From Saprospiraceae bacterium (lineage in GTDB: Bacteria > Bacteroidota > Bacteroidia > Chitinophagales > Saprospiraceae), in contig JANPHO010000681.1 in NCBI GenBank assembly GCA_031424515.1, positions 189 through 64,188 of the forward strand: 64,000 nt of DNA. Reading direction: 5' to 3'. Below, piece after piece: positions 18,435-28,661 of the stretch. Every line of letters starts with the position of its first letter. The first letter of the stretch is position 1. Both the position numbers and the translations under genes were made by a program. The notes beneath the pieces are model-generated. The model was not told the DNA's origin. It saw only the letters and a list, made by a program, of their open reading frames with translations, and made no database searches.

Positions 18435-18980
18435 ATGAATAAAGGAATTAAGATAACAATCCCTGAGCCTTGTTCTCAAAAATGGAATGAATTGACAGCT
18501 GTAGAAAAAGATCGATTTTGCTTATCTTGTGAAAAAGGAGTTATTGATTTTAGCACGATGACAGATAAAGAATTGATTCGGTATTTTAAAGACTATCAAG
18601 GAAATATCTGCGGCAATTTTAATTCAACTCAAACTGATAGAATCATTAAAGATGTAGTCATTTCAAAGAAATCATACCGATTATCAAAATTTATAGCCAG
18701 TTTATTTGGATTGTTTTTAAGTTTTAGTTCAAATGCACAATTGGCTGATACATCGAACATAAAACCTGTTGTTGAAATAAGTCCTTTACCACTAAACAAG
18801 CCATCAAAAGTTGTCTCTAACCAGTCAAATTTACCAAGCAAGACTAAATATCATGTTGAAGCCCTGTTGCAAGGACGAATAGGTGGTATTTGTATTCAAG
18901 AAATTGAAGAAGATAAAAGTAAAAAAGTATTAAAAAATAATTTTTTAAATCGAATTGAAGATATAATTAGACGATTCTGA
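18435..18980 (+). CDS. Hypothetical protein with N-terminal Cys motif (C-x16-CxxC) and one TM
   Basis: IPEPCSQKWNELT...FCLSCEKGVIDFS is a conserved-looking N-terminus seen in Bacteroidota hypotheticals. A central TM is followed by a low-complexity tail. Confidence 0.5.
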   Translation: MNKGIKITIPEPCSQKWNELTAVEKDRFCLSCEKGVIDFSTMTDKELIRYFKDYQGNICGNFNSTQTDRIIKDVVISKKSYRLSKFIASLFGLFLSFSSNAQLADTSNIKPVVEISPLPLNKPSKVVSNQSNLPSKTKYHVEALLQGRIGGICIQEIEEDKSKKVLKNNFLNRIEDIIRRF

Positions 18981-19015
18981 TAACTAAAGATTGAAATTTT
19001 AAAAATAAAAAATAT

Positions 19016-20566
19016 ATGAATACTCTAACCAAAGTAAAATCAGAATTTGATTTTTTGAAAAAATTGGGATTAAAACAATCCAATCATGGCACATCCACGG
19101 GGCTTGAATCCTTTGGTAGCCGTAAATCTATTCAATCTTTTTCACCCACCAATGCCGTTTTAATCGGTTCTGTTTCGGTGACGACGCGTGAGCAATATGA
19201 AGCAGTGGTTGCGAAAGCACAAGAGGCATTCCTTGTTTGGCGTGAAATGCCTGCGCCAAAACGCGGCGAAATTGTGCGCCAATTCGCGGAAGAGTTGCGC
19301 AAATTTAAAGACCCTTTGGGGCATTTGGTGAGCTATGAAATGGGTAAAAGCCTGCAAGAAGGCTTAGGCGAGGTGCAAGAAATGATTGATATTTGTGATT
19401 TTGCTGTCGGTTTATCCCGTCAATTATATGGTTTGACGATGCATTCCGAGCGTCCGAGCCACCGTATGTACGAGCAATGGCATCCGATGGGGATTGTGGG
19501 TATTATTTCAGCTTTTAATTTTCCAGTGGCGGTGTGGTCGTGGAATGCGGCTTTGGCGTGGATATGTGGTGACGTGACCATTTGGAAAGCGAGTGAAAAG
19601 ACCCCCCTCAGTAGTGTGGCGTGTCAGAACATTTTACAGAAAGTTTTAAAGGCTAATAATGTACCCGAAGGCGTATCGTGCATCATCAATGGCGATTACA
19701 AAGTGGGCGAATTCATGACCAAAGACGCCCGTATTCCCTTGATTTCAGCCACTGGTTCTACTCGAATGGGTAAAATTGTGGGCGCAACGGTAGGCGGTCG
19801 TTTGGGTAAAACGATATTAGAATTGGGTGGCAATAATGCCATCATCATCACGCCATCGGCTGATTTGAACATTGTTGTGCCAGGTGCAGTATTTGGTGCA
19901 GTGGGTACGGCTGGTCAACGTTGTACCTCCACCCGTCGTTTGATTATCCATGAAAGCGTGTATGAAACGGTTAAAAACGCCTTAAAAAAGGCTTATACTC
20001 AACTCAAAATTGGTAATCCTTTGGATGCCCACAACCACGTAGGGCCACTTATCGACATTGTGGCTGTGGATAACTACCTCGAGGCAATCCGCCAAGTGAA
20101 AGAGCACGGTGGAACGTTCGTCGTAGAAGGCGAAATACTGAGGGGGGATGGTTTGGATAGCGGTTGCTATGTCCGCCCATGTATTGCCGAAGTGAAAAAT
20201 GAATGGGATATAGTGCAACATGAAACCTTTGCACCCATTCTTTATCTCATGAAATACTCTACGATTGAGGAAGCGATTGCGATGCAAAACAACGTCCCAC
20301 AAGGTCTTTCATCAGCCATTATGACGGATAGTGTGCGGGAAGCGGAGAAGTTTCTCAGCGTTGCAGGCAGTGATTGCGGGATTGCCAATGTGAATATCGG
20401 AACAAGTGGCGCTGAAATCGGTGGTGCTTTCGGTGGTGAAAAAGAAACGGGCGGCGGTCGTGAAAGCGGCTCCGACGCATGGAAAGCCTATATGCGTCGC
20501 CAAACGAATACTATTAACTACTCCAAAGTTTTGCCTTTGGCGCAGGGGATTAAGTTTGATTTGTAA
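19016..20566 (+). CDS. ALDH7-type aldehyde dehydrogenase (alpha-aminoadipic semialdehyde / piperideine-6-carboxylate dehydrogenase-like)
   Basis: [24 protein letters not shown] catalytic-Cys block and [10 protein letters not shown], characteristic of antiquitin-like ALDH7. 516 aa. Confidence 0.85.
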   Translation: MNTLTKVKSEFDFLKKLGLKQSNHGTSTGLESFGSRKSIQSFSPTNAVLIGSVSVTTREQYEAVVAKAQEAFLVWREMPAPKRGEIVRQFAEELRKFKDPLGHLVSYEMGKSLQEGLGEVQEMIDICDFAVGLSRQLYGLTMHSERPSHRMYEQWHPMGIVGIISAFNFPVAVWSWNAALAWICGDVTIWKASEKTPLSSVACQNILQKVLKANNVPEGVSCIINGDYKVGEFMTKDARIPLISATGSTRMGKIVGATVGGRLGKTILELGGNNAIIITPSADLNIVVPGAVFGAVGTAGQRCTSTRRLIIHESVYETVKNALKKAYTQLKIGNPLDAHNHVGPLIDIVAVDNYLEAIRQVKEHGGTFVVEGEILRGDGLDSGCYVRPCIAEVKNEWDIVQHETFAPILYLMKYSTIEEAIAMQNNVPQGLSSAIMTDSVREAEKFLSVAGSDCGIANVNIGTSGAEIGGAFGGEKETGGGRESGSDAWKAYMRRQTNTINYSKVLPLAQGIKFDL

Positions 20567-20711
20567 AAATATTTCAATATCGAATCATCAAAAGAGGGAT
20601 ACAGAGCGTTATGGGTTTTGTATTCCTTTTTTAATAAACTAAAAACGAAAAAAAATCAAACTAAGGAACCGTTTAGTATTTATATTTGTTACGAATTCAA
20701 AATATAAGATA

Positions 20712-21248
20712 ATGATAACAGCAAATACCACAATATTTATAACATACAACCCTGATAATGGTATAGAGCAAACTCTTGCCTCTCGTTTACATACAATAGG
20801 TGCTGTAAATGGTTTTAGAATGTATATGCCTGATCGCTTTAATGCTAACAATCTATTGGATAGTGAAACTATCAGAAGAATCAACTTATCTGACTACTTT
20901 ATTGTCTTTTCTTTTGGAAATCTTTCAAATACTGTTAAGCATGAGATAGAAACGGCTTATGCTCATCTACAAGATCCAACGCGTATTATAGTTGTATATG
21001 ATAGGAGAAAAGGGAAAAACTTGACAGGTCATATAACAGAACACTTCAAAGCATTTGATTTTGACCCTGCCAAACAAGAGGTTTCAGATTTAGTAAAAGA
21101 AATAATTACCTCAATTAACCACAGAGAATTATTGAGTCAACTTAATAAAGAACGAAAAGCAAAAGAAGATAGCCAAGCATTAAATGCATTATTAGGTATT
21201 GGACTGGGCTTATTTGCATTGGCTTCACTATCAAAAAGTGATAAATAA
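20712..21248 (+). CDS. TIR-like domain protein with C-terminal TM anchor (putative)
   Basis: TIFITYNPD (beta-A), DYFIVFSFGNLSNTVKHEIETAY (beta-C plus alpha-C pattern) and RIIVVYD (beta-D), then a helical linker and the tail TM ALLGIGLGLFALASL. Confidence 0.4.
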   Translation: MITANTTIFITYNPDNGIEQTLASRLHTIGAVNGFRMYMPDRFNANNLLDSETIRRINLSDYFIVFSFGNLSNTVKHEIETAYAHLQDPTRIIVVYDRRKGKNLTGHITEHFKAFDFDPAKQEVSDLVKEIITSINHRELLSQLNKERKAKEDSQALNALLGIGLGLFALASLSKSDK

Positions 21249-21253
21249 CACTT

Positions 21254-21874
21254 ATGTACCCTCTTTCAAAAGCTATATTTGATAATACTGTATTTAATTA
21301 TATTGTACGTATTCAATCAATTGATTTATCTAATGTCATACGTTCATTATTAAACGAGGTTTTTGTTCCTCAAACAATCGTGGCAGAAATGGAAGATTGG
21401 ATTCAAGATCCTGTATTTGCTGCCAGGATAGGTTATTTTACCAATCAAATCAGGAACAATCAATTTTTCAAATTTTGTACTTCTTACAATGCTATCATTT
21501 TTGAGGAAGCCCAAAATCATATAGATAAAGGAGAAGCAGATGCAATTGCGCAAAGTGATAAAATAAATGTTTTATTGTTCATCACAGATGACACCCGATG
21601 TCAAAAGTACATTTTAGAATATTACCCCAATATTCGTATTCATACTACTTACTTTCTAATCTCATTAGCATACTTTCAAGGTTTACTGCCAGTTGCCGAA
21701 TCTGTATTGGCAGAGTTTCATCAAATTATGCAAGTCAAAAAAATGAAATCAACGACGAAACGTATTTATAAAGAAATGCTTCGTCGAGAAGCAACGGAAG
21801 CATTAAAAGTATTGGGTTTTGCCGTCGATAAAAAACAAATATCGTTTCTAACATCTTTGAAAAACCATATTTAA
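21254..21874 (+). CDS. PIN-like (DUF3368/PIN_3-type) putative nuclease
   Basis: IFDNTVFNYIV, VFVPQTIVAEM, IDKGEADAIAQS and LLFITDDTRCQKY follow the DUF3368 PIN pattern. It starts 5 nt after the upstream stop. Confidence 0.5.
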   Translation: MYPLSKAIFDNTVFNYIVRIQSIDLSNVIRSLLNEVFVPQTIVAEMEDWIQDPVFAARIGYFTNQIRNNQFFKFCTSYNAIIFEEAQNHIDKGEADAIAQSDKINVLLFITDDTRCQKYILEYYPNIRIHTTYFLISLAYFQGLLPVAESVLAEFHQIMQVKKMKSTTKRIYKEMLRREATEALKVLGFAVDKKQISFLTSLKNHI

Positions 21875-21930
21875 TTTATGTCAAATCATTTTTTTAATAT
21901 AATTCATCACATTTTACTGGTTTCAAACAA

Positions 21931-23259
21931 ATGAAAAACAACTTTTTACTCCTCCTTCTCCTCCTTTTCGTCGCTTGTAAAAAGAAAGCTGAAAAACAAG
22001 CCGACAAACAGGCTGAAATAAAAACGGAAACGCCCGCAGCAACACCCCCTCAGTATCAAGAGCCCGAAAAGGCAGTTGTTGAGCAAAAAAAAGCTGTAGA
22101 AGAGCCTTCTGTGTTGAATACTCAAAAGCCCAGTTTTAAGTTTATTGCACACAATATTAGCTTGAAAAAGGGGATCAAATTCCCGCTTTACACGCCCGAA
22201 GGCTATCGTGTGAGCATTTCGTATGAGGGTTTGAACAGGCTGCGTTTTTTGACGCCTTCGCCCGATGGACGTCTTTTTGCCACTGACATGTTCAATAAAT
22301 CGGATAATAAAAAAGGGAAAGTGCTCATTTTTGATGGATGGAATGATGCTACCCACAGTTATAAAAGTTGTAAAACATACCTTTCCAATCTGCATAATTG
22401 CAATCAAGTCGCTTTTTACAAAGACAATGGCAAGCAGTATATTTATGTCAGTGAAACGGGCAAATTGACCCGTTATGAGTATCAAACAGGTGATTCTGTG
22501 CCTCGTGATAAGGGTCAAATAGTTGCTCGATTCCCCGATTTTGGCTTGGATTATAAATACGGCGGTTGGCATTTGACCCGCAGTTTGACGTTTTATAACA
22601 ACAAATTATATGTGTCAGTGGGCAGCAGTTGCAACGCCTGCATTGAAAAAGAGGAAATACGCTCAACCATTGTAGAAATGAATCCCGACGGTAGCAATCA
22701 ACGCTTTTTTGCTCGTGGCTTGCGCAATTCAGTTCAATTGAAATGGCTGGGCGGTAAAATGTGGGTAACGAGCATGGGACGCGACCAAATCGGCCCCGAC
22801 AAACCTGAAGAAATGTTTCACACCGTAGCCGATGGGGGCTTTTATGGTTTCCCTTTTTATTATCAATATCAAGGAAAAGTGTACGCCGACCCACAATTTA
22901 AGGATTCAACACGAGCTAAATGGGTAAAAGAACCAACAGTGGCTTTTTGTGGTTTCAAAGCGCACAGTGCGCCATTGGGCTTCGATTATTTCAAAAACTT
23001 CGACGATCCGAATCTTAAAAACGCGTTTTTAGTAGCGCTTCATGGCTCCAATATGATCTGGCGGGAGCGTGGAAATGCCGTTGTAAAAGCGCGTGGAACA
23101 AATGATTATGATGAAATAGTCAAAGGCTTTTTACCGAAAGGTGGTAAGGAAGAAAAAGACCGCAAGGGTCGCCCTTGTGATGTATTGATGCGCGATAATA
23201 AATCTTTTTTCATAACCGATGATTTGAATGGGGTATTGTATTGTGTGTGGAAAGATTGA
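21931..23259 (+). CDS. Lipoprotein, glucose/sorbosone dehydrogenase-like beta-propeller
   Basis: Lipoprotein signal (LLFVAC), a low-complexity Lys/Glu/Ala linker, and a GGFYGFPFYY-type propeller motif. Confidence 0.45.
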   Translation: MKNNFLLLLLLLFVACKKKAEKQADKQAEIKTETPAATPPQYQEPEKAVVEQKKAVEEPSVLNTQKPSFKFIAHNISLKKGIKFPLYTPEGYRVSISYEGLNRLRFLTPSPDGRLFATDMFNKSDNKKGKVLIFDGWNDATHSYKSCKTYLSNLHNCNQVAFYKDNGKQYIYVSETGKLTRYEYQTGDSVPRDKGQIVARFPDFGLDYKYGGWHLTRSLTFYNNKLYVSVGSSCNACIEKEEIRSTIVEMNPDGSNQRFFARGLRNSVQLKWLGGKMWVTSMGRDQIGPDKPEEMFHTVADGGFYGFPFYYQYQGKVYADPQFKDSTRAKWVKEPTVAFCGFKAHSAPLGFDYFKNFDDPNLKNAFLVALHGSNMIWRERGNAVVKARGTNDYDEIVKGFLPKGGKEEKDRKGRPCDVLMRDNKSFFITDDLNGVLYCVWKD

Positions 23260-23267
23260 TTTTTTAA

Positions 23268-23303
23268 GAGACATTAGTCCCGAGGACTCGGGACTAATGT
23301 CTC
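23268..23303. terminator. Perfect 17-bp hairpin terminator
   Basis: GAGACATTAGTCCCGAG-GA-CTCGGGACTAATGTCTC directly after the stop at 23259. Confidence 0.85.
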
Positions 23304-23426
23304 CTAAAATTCGCATTAAAATATAAAATATGCAAAAAACACCCTTTCGGTAATTTTAATGTTACTAATATTTGCCCTAACTTTGTCGTTGTAAACATAC
23401 TATAGTATCAATTTAGGGTTCAAACT

Positions 23427-25289
23427 ATGAATAAAAGCGCGCGTATTTTTGTATTTTTCCTCTTATTTCTCCCATTTTATATCAAAAGTCAAGTCAAAAT
23501 TACGCTCGATAGAGCTACCGCTAACTATGCCGTTGGGGAATTGGCAGCTATCCGAATTGGTTCAAATACCTTTGGAAAAGGCAACTATGATATATATTTT
23601 GACCCCAAAAACAGTAATTCTACTATTAAAAAAGGGGAATTCACCATTCGGCAGGGGCAAAGTGATACGGTTATTCTGTTCACTATTTCATCGCCCGGAG
23701 TTGTCTTTTTAAAAGCATCGCAAAATAATGGACCTATCAATACGGTCACTATAGCATTCTCCCCCCTCAGTATCCAGCCTGCCGAGAAAGAACCTTCAGA
23801 CTTTGATGCCTTTTGGGCGCAACAAAAAAAAGGCTTGCAGAATATCGGGTTAAATCCTCAATTGACACTTCTTCGCACTTTGCCTAAAGGGTCAAAATTG
23901 TATTTATTGCAATTAAATAATGTGGATAACCGCAAAGTTTATGGCTATTTAGCTGTACCTTCCACGGCAGGAAAGCATCCTGCGGTGATTCAATTGCCTC
24001 CTTTTGGTGATGCACCAGTGGAAGCCAGTGAGTTTGTTTTGACGGATTTTGCGGAGCGTTGTAATGCCATCGCTTTACAACTGACAGTGCATAATGCGCC
24101 ACCTAATCAGACTGACCCCAATGCCTACAAACCCAGCAGTCTTTTAAAAGCGGAGGAATATTACAATAGATACATGATAACTGCCTGCTTGCAAGCGGCT
24201 GAATATTTGAGTAAAAGAACTGATTTTAATGGTAGCTTGGGTGTGTCGGGGAACAGCCAAGGCGCAGGCTTAGCGATGACTTTGGCGGGTTTGGATAGTC
24301 GGGTCTCGGCGGTAATTGCTGCAAATCCAGCTTCAAGTGACCAGCAGGCTTTTCGTTTTAATAAAGCCAGTGGTTTTCCAAGCTATGTGAAACAGGGTTT
24401 GGATTTAGGTTTGGATACCAATATCGTGAAAGCAACTTCCAAATACCATGATGTGGCTTATTTCGCTAAAAGATATAAAAATCCGCTTCTCGTTTTAAAC
24501 GGATATAAAGACGAAGTGACCCCTGCTGCATCGGTTTTTGCTGCTTTTAACCAATTTAAAGGCATGGGTGCGATGTTGCATGAGCGTGAAATAGGGCATG
24601 AATACACCATTGAATATTGGTTTGGTCGCTATGCTTTTTTCAAACAACATTTAGTGGGTTTTGAAAATCCATTCGATTTTAAGAAGTCTTTTGATATAAA
24701 AGCGGGTGAAAACCGCTTGAATGTGTCCACTGACACCGTTTTACTGAGGGGGGCGGTGTCTATTGACGGCGTCGTTAATGAAAGCGTTTCAGTGCGTTGG
24801 GAGAAGATGGAAGGCGTCGGTTCAGTCACTTTTGAAAAGCCTACACAGCGTCAAACCAGCGCCAAATTCAGTTTACCGGGTACTTATTTATTGCGCTTTT
24901 CAGCAACGTATGATTATAAAATCAACAGTACTGAACCCATGTTTTATACACTTTCCAATTATGTCTCAATTGAAATAAAGGATAAAACGGGTGGCAGTAC
25001 GCCCAAAGATACCGTCATTTCTGCCATTGAAAAAGAGAAAAGGCTATTACGCATTTCACCCAATCCGCATTCATCGGTGTTTCAAGTGGCTTGGGAACCG
25101 ATTTATAAGTACAAAACCATTCGCGTATATGATACAATCGGGCATTTGCACAATACAGTAAATGTACCAAGTGGGCAACTAAGTGCCAATATTTCAAATA
25201 CAAATTTGCCCGACGGCACTTATTTTGTTGAACTTGAAAATGTGAATGGGCGCAGGATTTCGATGAAAGTAGTGAAAAGTGAAAAGTAA
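23427..25289 (+). CDS. Acetylxylan esterase-like (CE7/AXE1) alpha/beta hydrolase with T9SS C-terminal sorting domain
   Basis: Signal peptide, nucleophile elbow GNSQGAG, an AXE1-like N-terminal region, and a C-terminal LRISPNP...GTYFVEL sorting domain. Confidence 0.6.
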   Translation: MNKSARIFVFFLLFLPFYIKSQVKITLDRATANYAVGELAAIRIGSNTFGKGNYDIYFDPKNSNSTIKKGEFTIRQGQSDTVILFTISSPGVVFLKASQNNGPINTVTIAFSPLSIQPAEKEPSDFDAFWAQQKKGLQNIGLNPQLTLLRTLPKGSKLYLLQLNNVDNRKVYGYLAVPSTAGKHPAVIQLPPFGDAPVEASEFVLTDFAERCNAIALQLTVHNAPPNQTDPNAYKPSSLLKAEEYYNRYMITACLQAAEYLSKRTDFNGSLGVSGNSQGAGLAMTLAGLDSRVSAVIAANPASSDQQAFRFNKASGFPSYVKQGLDLGLDTNIVKATSKYHDVAYFAKRYKNPLLVLNGYKDEVTPAASVFAAFNQFKGMGAMLHEREIGHEYTIEYWFGRYAFFKQHLVGFENPFDFKKSFDIKAGENRLNVSTDTVLLRGAVSIDGVVNESVSVRWEKMEGVGSVTFEKPTQRQTSAKFSLPGTYLLRFSATYDYKINSTEPMFYTLSNYVSIEIKDKTGGSTPKDTVISAIEKEKRLLRISPNPHSSVFQVAWEPIYKYKTIRVYDTIGHLHNTVNVPSGQLSANISNTNLPDGTYFVELENVNGRRISMKVVKSEK

Positions 25290-25294
25290 CATTT

Positions 25295-25383
25295 TAAGTG
25301 AAAAACTAAAAGTGAAAAGTGATAATAATCGGAAAATGAAAGTCCAATTTCAGGCGTTTTTTCACTTTTCACTTTTTCACTTA
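25295..25383. terminator. Inverted repeat between convergent genes built from GTGAAAAGT words
   Basis: TAAGTGAAAAACTAAAAGTGAAAAGTG / CACTTTTCACTTTTTCACTTA. Confidence 0.6.
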
Positions 25384-25392
25384 AAATACTTT

Positions 25393-26859
25393 TCACTTAA
25401 AAGTCTGCAACGCCAAAAATACGCCATTCGACCATCCAAAACCATCTTGTAGAGGGTATTCTCCGCCGCCAGCTTCGAGGAATTGGTCAAAAACGTTGTA
25501 TTTTTCAGTCATTTTACCCGTTTTTTCGTATATTTTGACATTGGCTGCAATCCAATTGGCTTTAATTTGATTCGCCAAATCCCTGAAGCCATAATTCATT
25601 AAGCCTTTAAAACCTATCCATTGCAGCGGCGCCCATCCATTCGGTGCGTCCCATTGTTGCCCTGTATTGTGTAAAGTCGTGGTCAAACCACCCGATTTGA
25701 AAAAGTCTTTTTCTAAAATGAAAGCGACTTTTTCTGCCTGTTTTTCAGTAGCTATTTTAAAAAATAAAGGAAATGTTGCGGCTAAAGTGAAATGTTCAGT
25801 TTGCTCATTTTTAATAAAATCATAGTCAAAATAAAACCCTTTGGCTTCATTCCAACAGTATTTTTCAATCGCTTTTTGCCTGTTTTTACTTAAATTTTTA
25901 TAAAAATCCGCTTTTTCACTATTATTTAAAAGTTCATAAGCTTCTGAAATAGTCTCTTCCAAATTGTACAAAAGGCAGTTCAAATCCACAGGAATCAAAT
26001 CTGTGGTGTGAATACTCGCAAATGAATCCACCTCCTTGAACCAACGACTGCTAAAATCCCAACCTGACTCAGCCGCCGCCCTCAAATGCCTAAAAATGAC
26101 TTCGGGCGCTTGAGTGGAATTGTGCGCAATTTCAACGTCTTCTTTATAGGATTCGGGGCGAGGTGTATTGTTTTCATCCCAATAACGGTTCAAAACCGCA
26201 CCATCGGGCAAATGAACAACTCGATGAGAAGCCGATACCCCCTCAGTATTTTCACTCTTACCCGTCATCCAAAACGCATATTCCTTTTCAAGTGCAGGCA
26301 AATATTGTATTAAAATGTCCTTTCCTTTTTCCTCGCTCAGCACTTTCACCATCATGGCATAAAACGGCGGTTGCGAACGCCCGACATAATACGAGCGATT
26401 GCCGTTCGGAATATGCCCAACGTGATTGAGTAGATACGTGAAATTTTCAACCATATTTTCAATCATATCCACCCGTTTGGACACTTGCAGACCCAACATT
26501 GTGAAATAGCTATCCCAGTAATAAATCTCTCTAAACCGTCCTCCAGGCACAATGTACGGATGTGGCAAAGGTATCAAAGAGTTTTTTTCACTATCGGGCT
26601 GACGGGTCAAAACATCCCAAAGCGCATGAATATGTTCGGTGATATTTTTAGTCATATCACTTTTAAAATCAGCCGCACTATCGCTCGGTTCATCAAAATA
26701 TTGATGTACGAAGGCTTTTAAATCTACCCCCTCAGTATAATGCTGTAAAATATCCTCCAAAGGTGTTTTCGGATAACAATCGGGGAATGTTTTACCATCC
26801 GGAAAAACATTATTCATCTGGACTGTTTCAAATAATTGCCCTAATTGATGTATTTCCAT
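25393..26859 (-). CDS. treF: Alpha,alpha-trehalase (GH37), cytoplasmic type
   Basis: GH37 signature PGGRFREIYYWDSYF plus QWDAPNGWAPLQ. No signal peptide. Confidence 0.9.
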   Translation of the reverse strand: MEIHQLGQLFETVQMNNVFPDGKTFPDCYPKTPLEDILQHYTEGVDLKAFVHQYFDEPSDSAADFKSDMTKNITEHIHALWDVLTRQPDSEKNSLIPLPHPYIVPGGRFREIYYWDSYFTMLGLQVSKRVDMIENMVENFTYLLNHVGHIPNGNRSYYVGRSQPPFYAMMVKVLSEEKGKDILIQYLPALEKEYAFWMTGKSENTEGVSASHRVVHLPDGAVLNRYWDENNTPRPESYKEDVEIAHNSTQAPEVIFRHLRAAAESGWDFSSRWFKEVDSFASIHTTDLIPVDLNCLLYNLEETISEAYELLNNSEKADFYKNLSKNRQKAIEKYCWNEAKGFYFDYDFIKNEQTEHFTLAATFPLFFKIATEKQAEKVAFILEKDFFKSGGLTTTLHNTGQQWDAPNGWAPLQWIGFKGLMNYGFRDLANQIKANWIAANVKIYEKTGKMTEKYNVFDQFLEAGGGEYPLQDGFGWSNGVFLALQTFK

Positions 26860-26889
26860 TGAGTTATGAGTTTTATAGTAGTTGAGACG

Positions 26890-26958
26890 TTAGACATTAG
26901 ATTTTTAGATTTAGACAGCTAATCTGTAATTTCTAATGTCTAAAAATCTAATGTCTAA
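26890..26958. terminator. 20-bp perfect inverted repeat between the MFS gene and the trehalase gene
   Basis: TTAGACATTAGATTTTTAGA / TCTAAAAATCTAATGTCTAA. It could act as an attenuator between co-directional genes. Confidence 0.5.
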
Positions 26959-26961
26959 TAT

Positions 26962-28233
26962 CTATTCAGAGACAGCTTTTTTCTGCAATTTATTAAAAAA
27001 GAAGAGGCAAATTATCAACATACTGAGGGGTACCAATGAAAAGTAAAAAGCGGATTGCCCTCCATACGCCTCAAATATATACCCTGTTATAATTGAACCC
27101 GTCGTGCCACCTAAAGCAGAAAATACCACTATCAAACCCGACATAGCAGCATGTCGATGAGCTGGTAAGCTGCTTAAAATTGTAGAGTTAATGCTTGGGT
27201 AAACTGGTGATAAAAATAAGCCAATCATTGGGAATACAAATGCGGCCATGGGAGCAGTTGCCCAACTTGTAATATCGGTACTACCCAGATTTTGAGCCAA
27301 AGGAATCGCAACTATTACTAAACCACCAGCTGCCACCAAGCAACCTGTAAGCGCATAGAACCAATGTATTTTACGCAATACCACACCCGCCAAAAAACGA
27401 CCTAAAGCCGTAGAAGCCGCCATAATACTCGCCATTTCGATACTCAAAGAGTTAGATAAATGCAAAACTTTGCTATTAAAAGTAGGCAACCAACTCATTA
27501 TTCCTTGTTCAATCAATACGTATAAAAAGGCACTCGCAATAAAAACTATCACCAAAGGTAGTGCTGCCAACTTAACCATTTCAGCAAAATCTCCTGCTAA
27601 AGGTTTGGCTTGTTCTACTTTTACCGATGATTCGTCAAGCGGGGCTGACAATAGTAATATAAATGCTACCAATGATAGAGCTGCTAATAAATAGTAGACT
27701 TGAAGCCATGAAGTGGATTGCGGATTGGAATTATCCACAAAAGCACTAAATATAAAATAGCCTGTCAAAACGCCTACCATAAAAAAAGATTCGATGAAGT
27801 TCATGAAACTCGCATGGTCTTTTTTATTTTCTGTAATTATACCTATAGTGGCATAAACCGATACTTTTATCAAAGCAAAACTCGCCCCAACAGCAGCAAA
27901 AAGCAATTTTGTGGTACCAAATCCAGGAAAAAGCGCCATAATTAAACACGCAGCAGTGACTATTGCCAGAGCAATAAGCATCGATTTTTTATAGCCAATG
28001 CGTACAATATAAGAGGAAATTATGAAGGAAACCCCCGCAATTGTTAAATCCTTAAATGCTTCTAAAACACTTGCCGAGGATTCTGAAATGCCATAATTAC
28101 CCTGCACTTGCAGAATAACCGTGCCCACGCTATTCAATAAAATGGCGAAAACGAAATAATTGAGAAAAAGAGAAAGCTTGATTTGCCAGTTAGTCATCAT
28201 TTTTGGTTGTCGTTTAGTTTTTTTAAATACCAC
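26962..28233 (-). CDS. MFS transporter (sugar, plausibly trehalose/glucose related)
   Basis: 12-TM topology, 423 aa, directly upstream of and co-directional with the trehalase gene. Confidence 0.7.
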   Translation of the reverse strand: MVFKKTKRQPKMMTNWQIKLSLFLNYFVFAILLNSVGTVILQVQGNYGISESSASVLEAFKDLTIAGVSFIISSYIVRIGYKKSMLIALAIVTAACLIMALFPGFGTTKLLFAAVGASFALIKVSVYATIGIITENKKDHASFMNFIESFFMVGVLTGYFIFSAFVDNSNPQSTSWLQVYYLLAALSLVAFILLLSAPLDESSVKVEQAKPLAGDFAEMVKLAALPLVIVFIASAFLYVLIEQGIMSWLPTFNSKVLHLSNSLSIEMASIMAASTALGRFLAGVVLRKIHWFYALTGCLVAAGGLVIVAIPLAQNLGSTDITSWATAPMAAFVFPMIGLFLSPVYPSINSTILSSLPAHRHAAMSGLIVVFSALGGTTGSIITGYIFEAYGGQSAFYFSLVPLSMLIICLFFFNKLQKKAVSE

Positions 28234-28661
28234 ACATCGCCCAAATATATTTCTTTTTTACTAACTAAAGGTATGAAAACATGAATTTTAGTAACATAAG
28301 GAGAACACGGACAGATGTTTCACGCAAAAAAAATCGTTAACAGATAACTCTGTTAACGATATAGCAATAAATAAACACAAAATTTTATTAAACACGATCA
28401 AATCGTAAACGAGGGTCAAAAAACATGCTCCGAAGTCAAGAACTTTAAAATATAGAATAAATTTCGTTGAACGTAAAGTGGTAGTTTTTATGTCTTCTGT
28501 TTGAAAGAAAACATGTCCTTTACTTCGGAGCGATGTCAAGCAATTTTATACTACTACAAGTGTTTTCATAATATTTGGCTTTCGTTTTTTTATTGTGATT
28601 ATTTGCTTTTGTTTTGTGTTTTTGGGTGCGTGTTACGAGTTTATTTAGCTCGAAATACACA

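Noticed and set aside
20639-20884. 81-aa minus-strand ORF across the promoter and start of the TIR-like gene
   Set aside because: It overlaps the better-supported plus-strand gene and spacer, and its hydrophobic low-complexity translation is typical of AT-rich noise.
20146-22045. Using absence of the 10-mer as proof that the TIR/PIN cassette (and the 41123-43645 islet) is horizontally acquired
   Set aside because: Motif-free gaps of 2-3 kb also occur over obviously core genes (for example 2221-5164 and 27031-29909), so the absence is not statistically meaningful at this scale.
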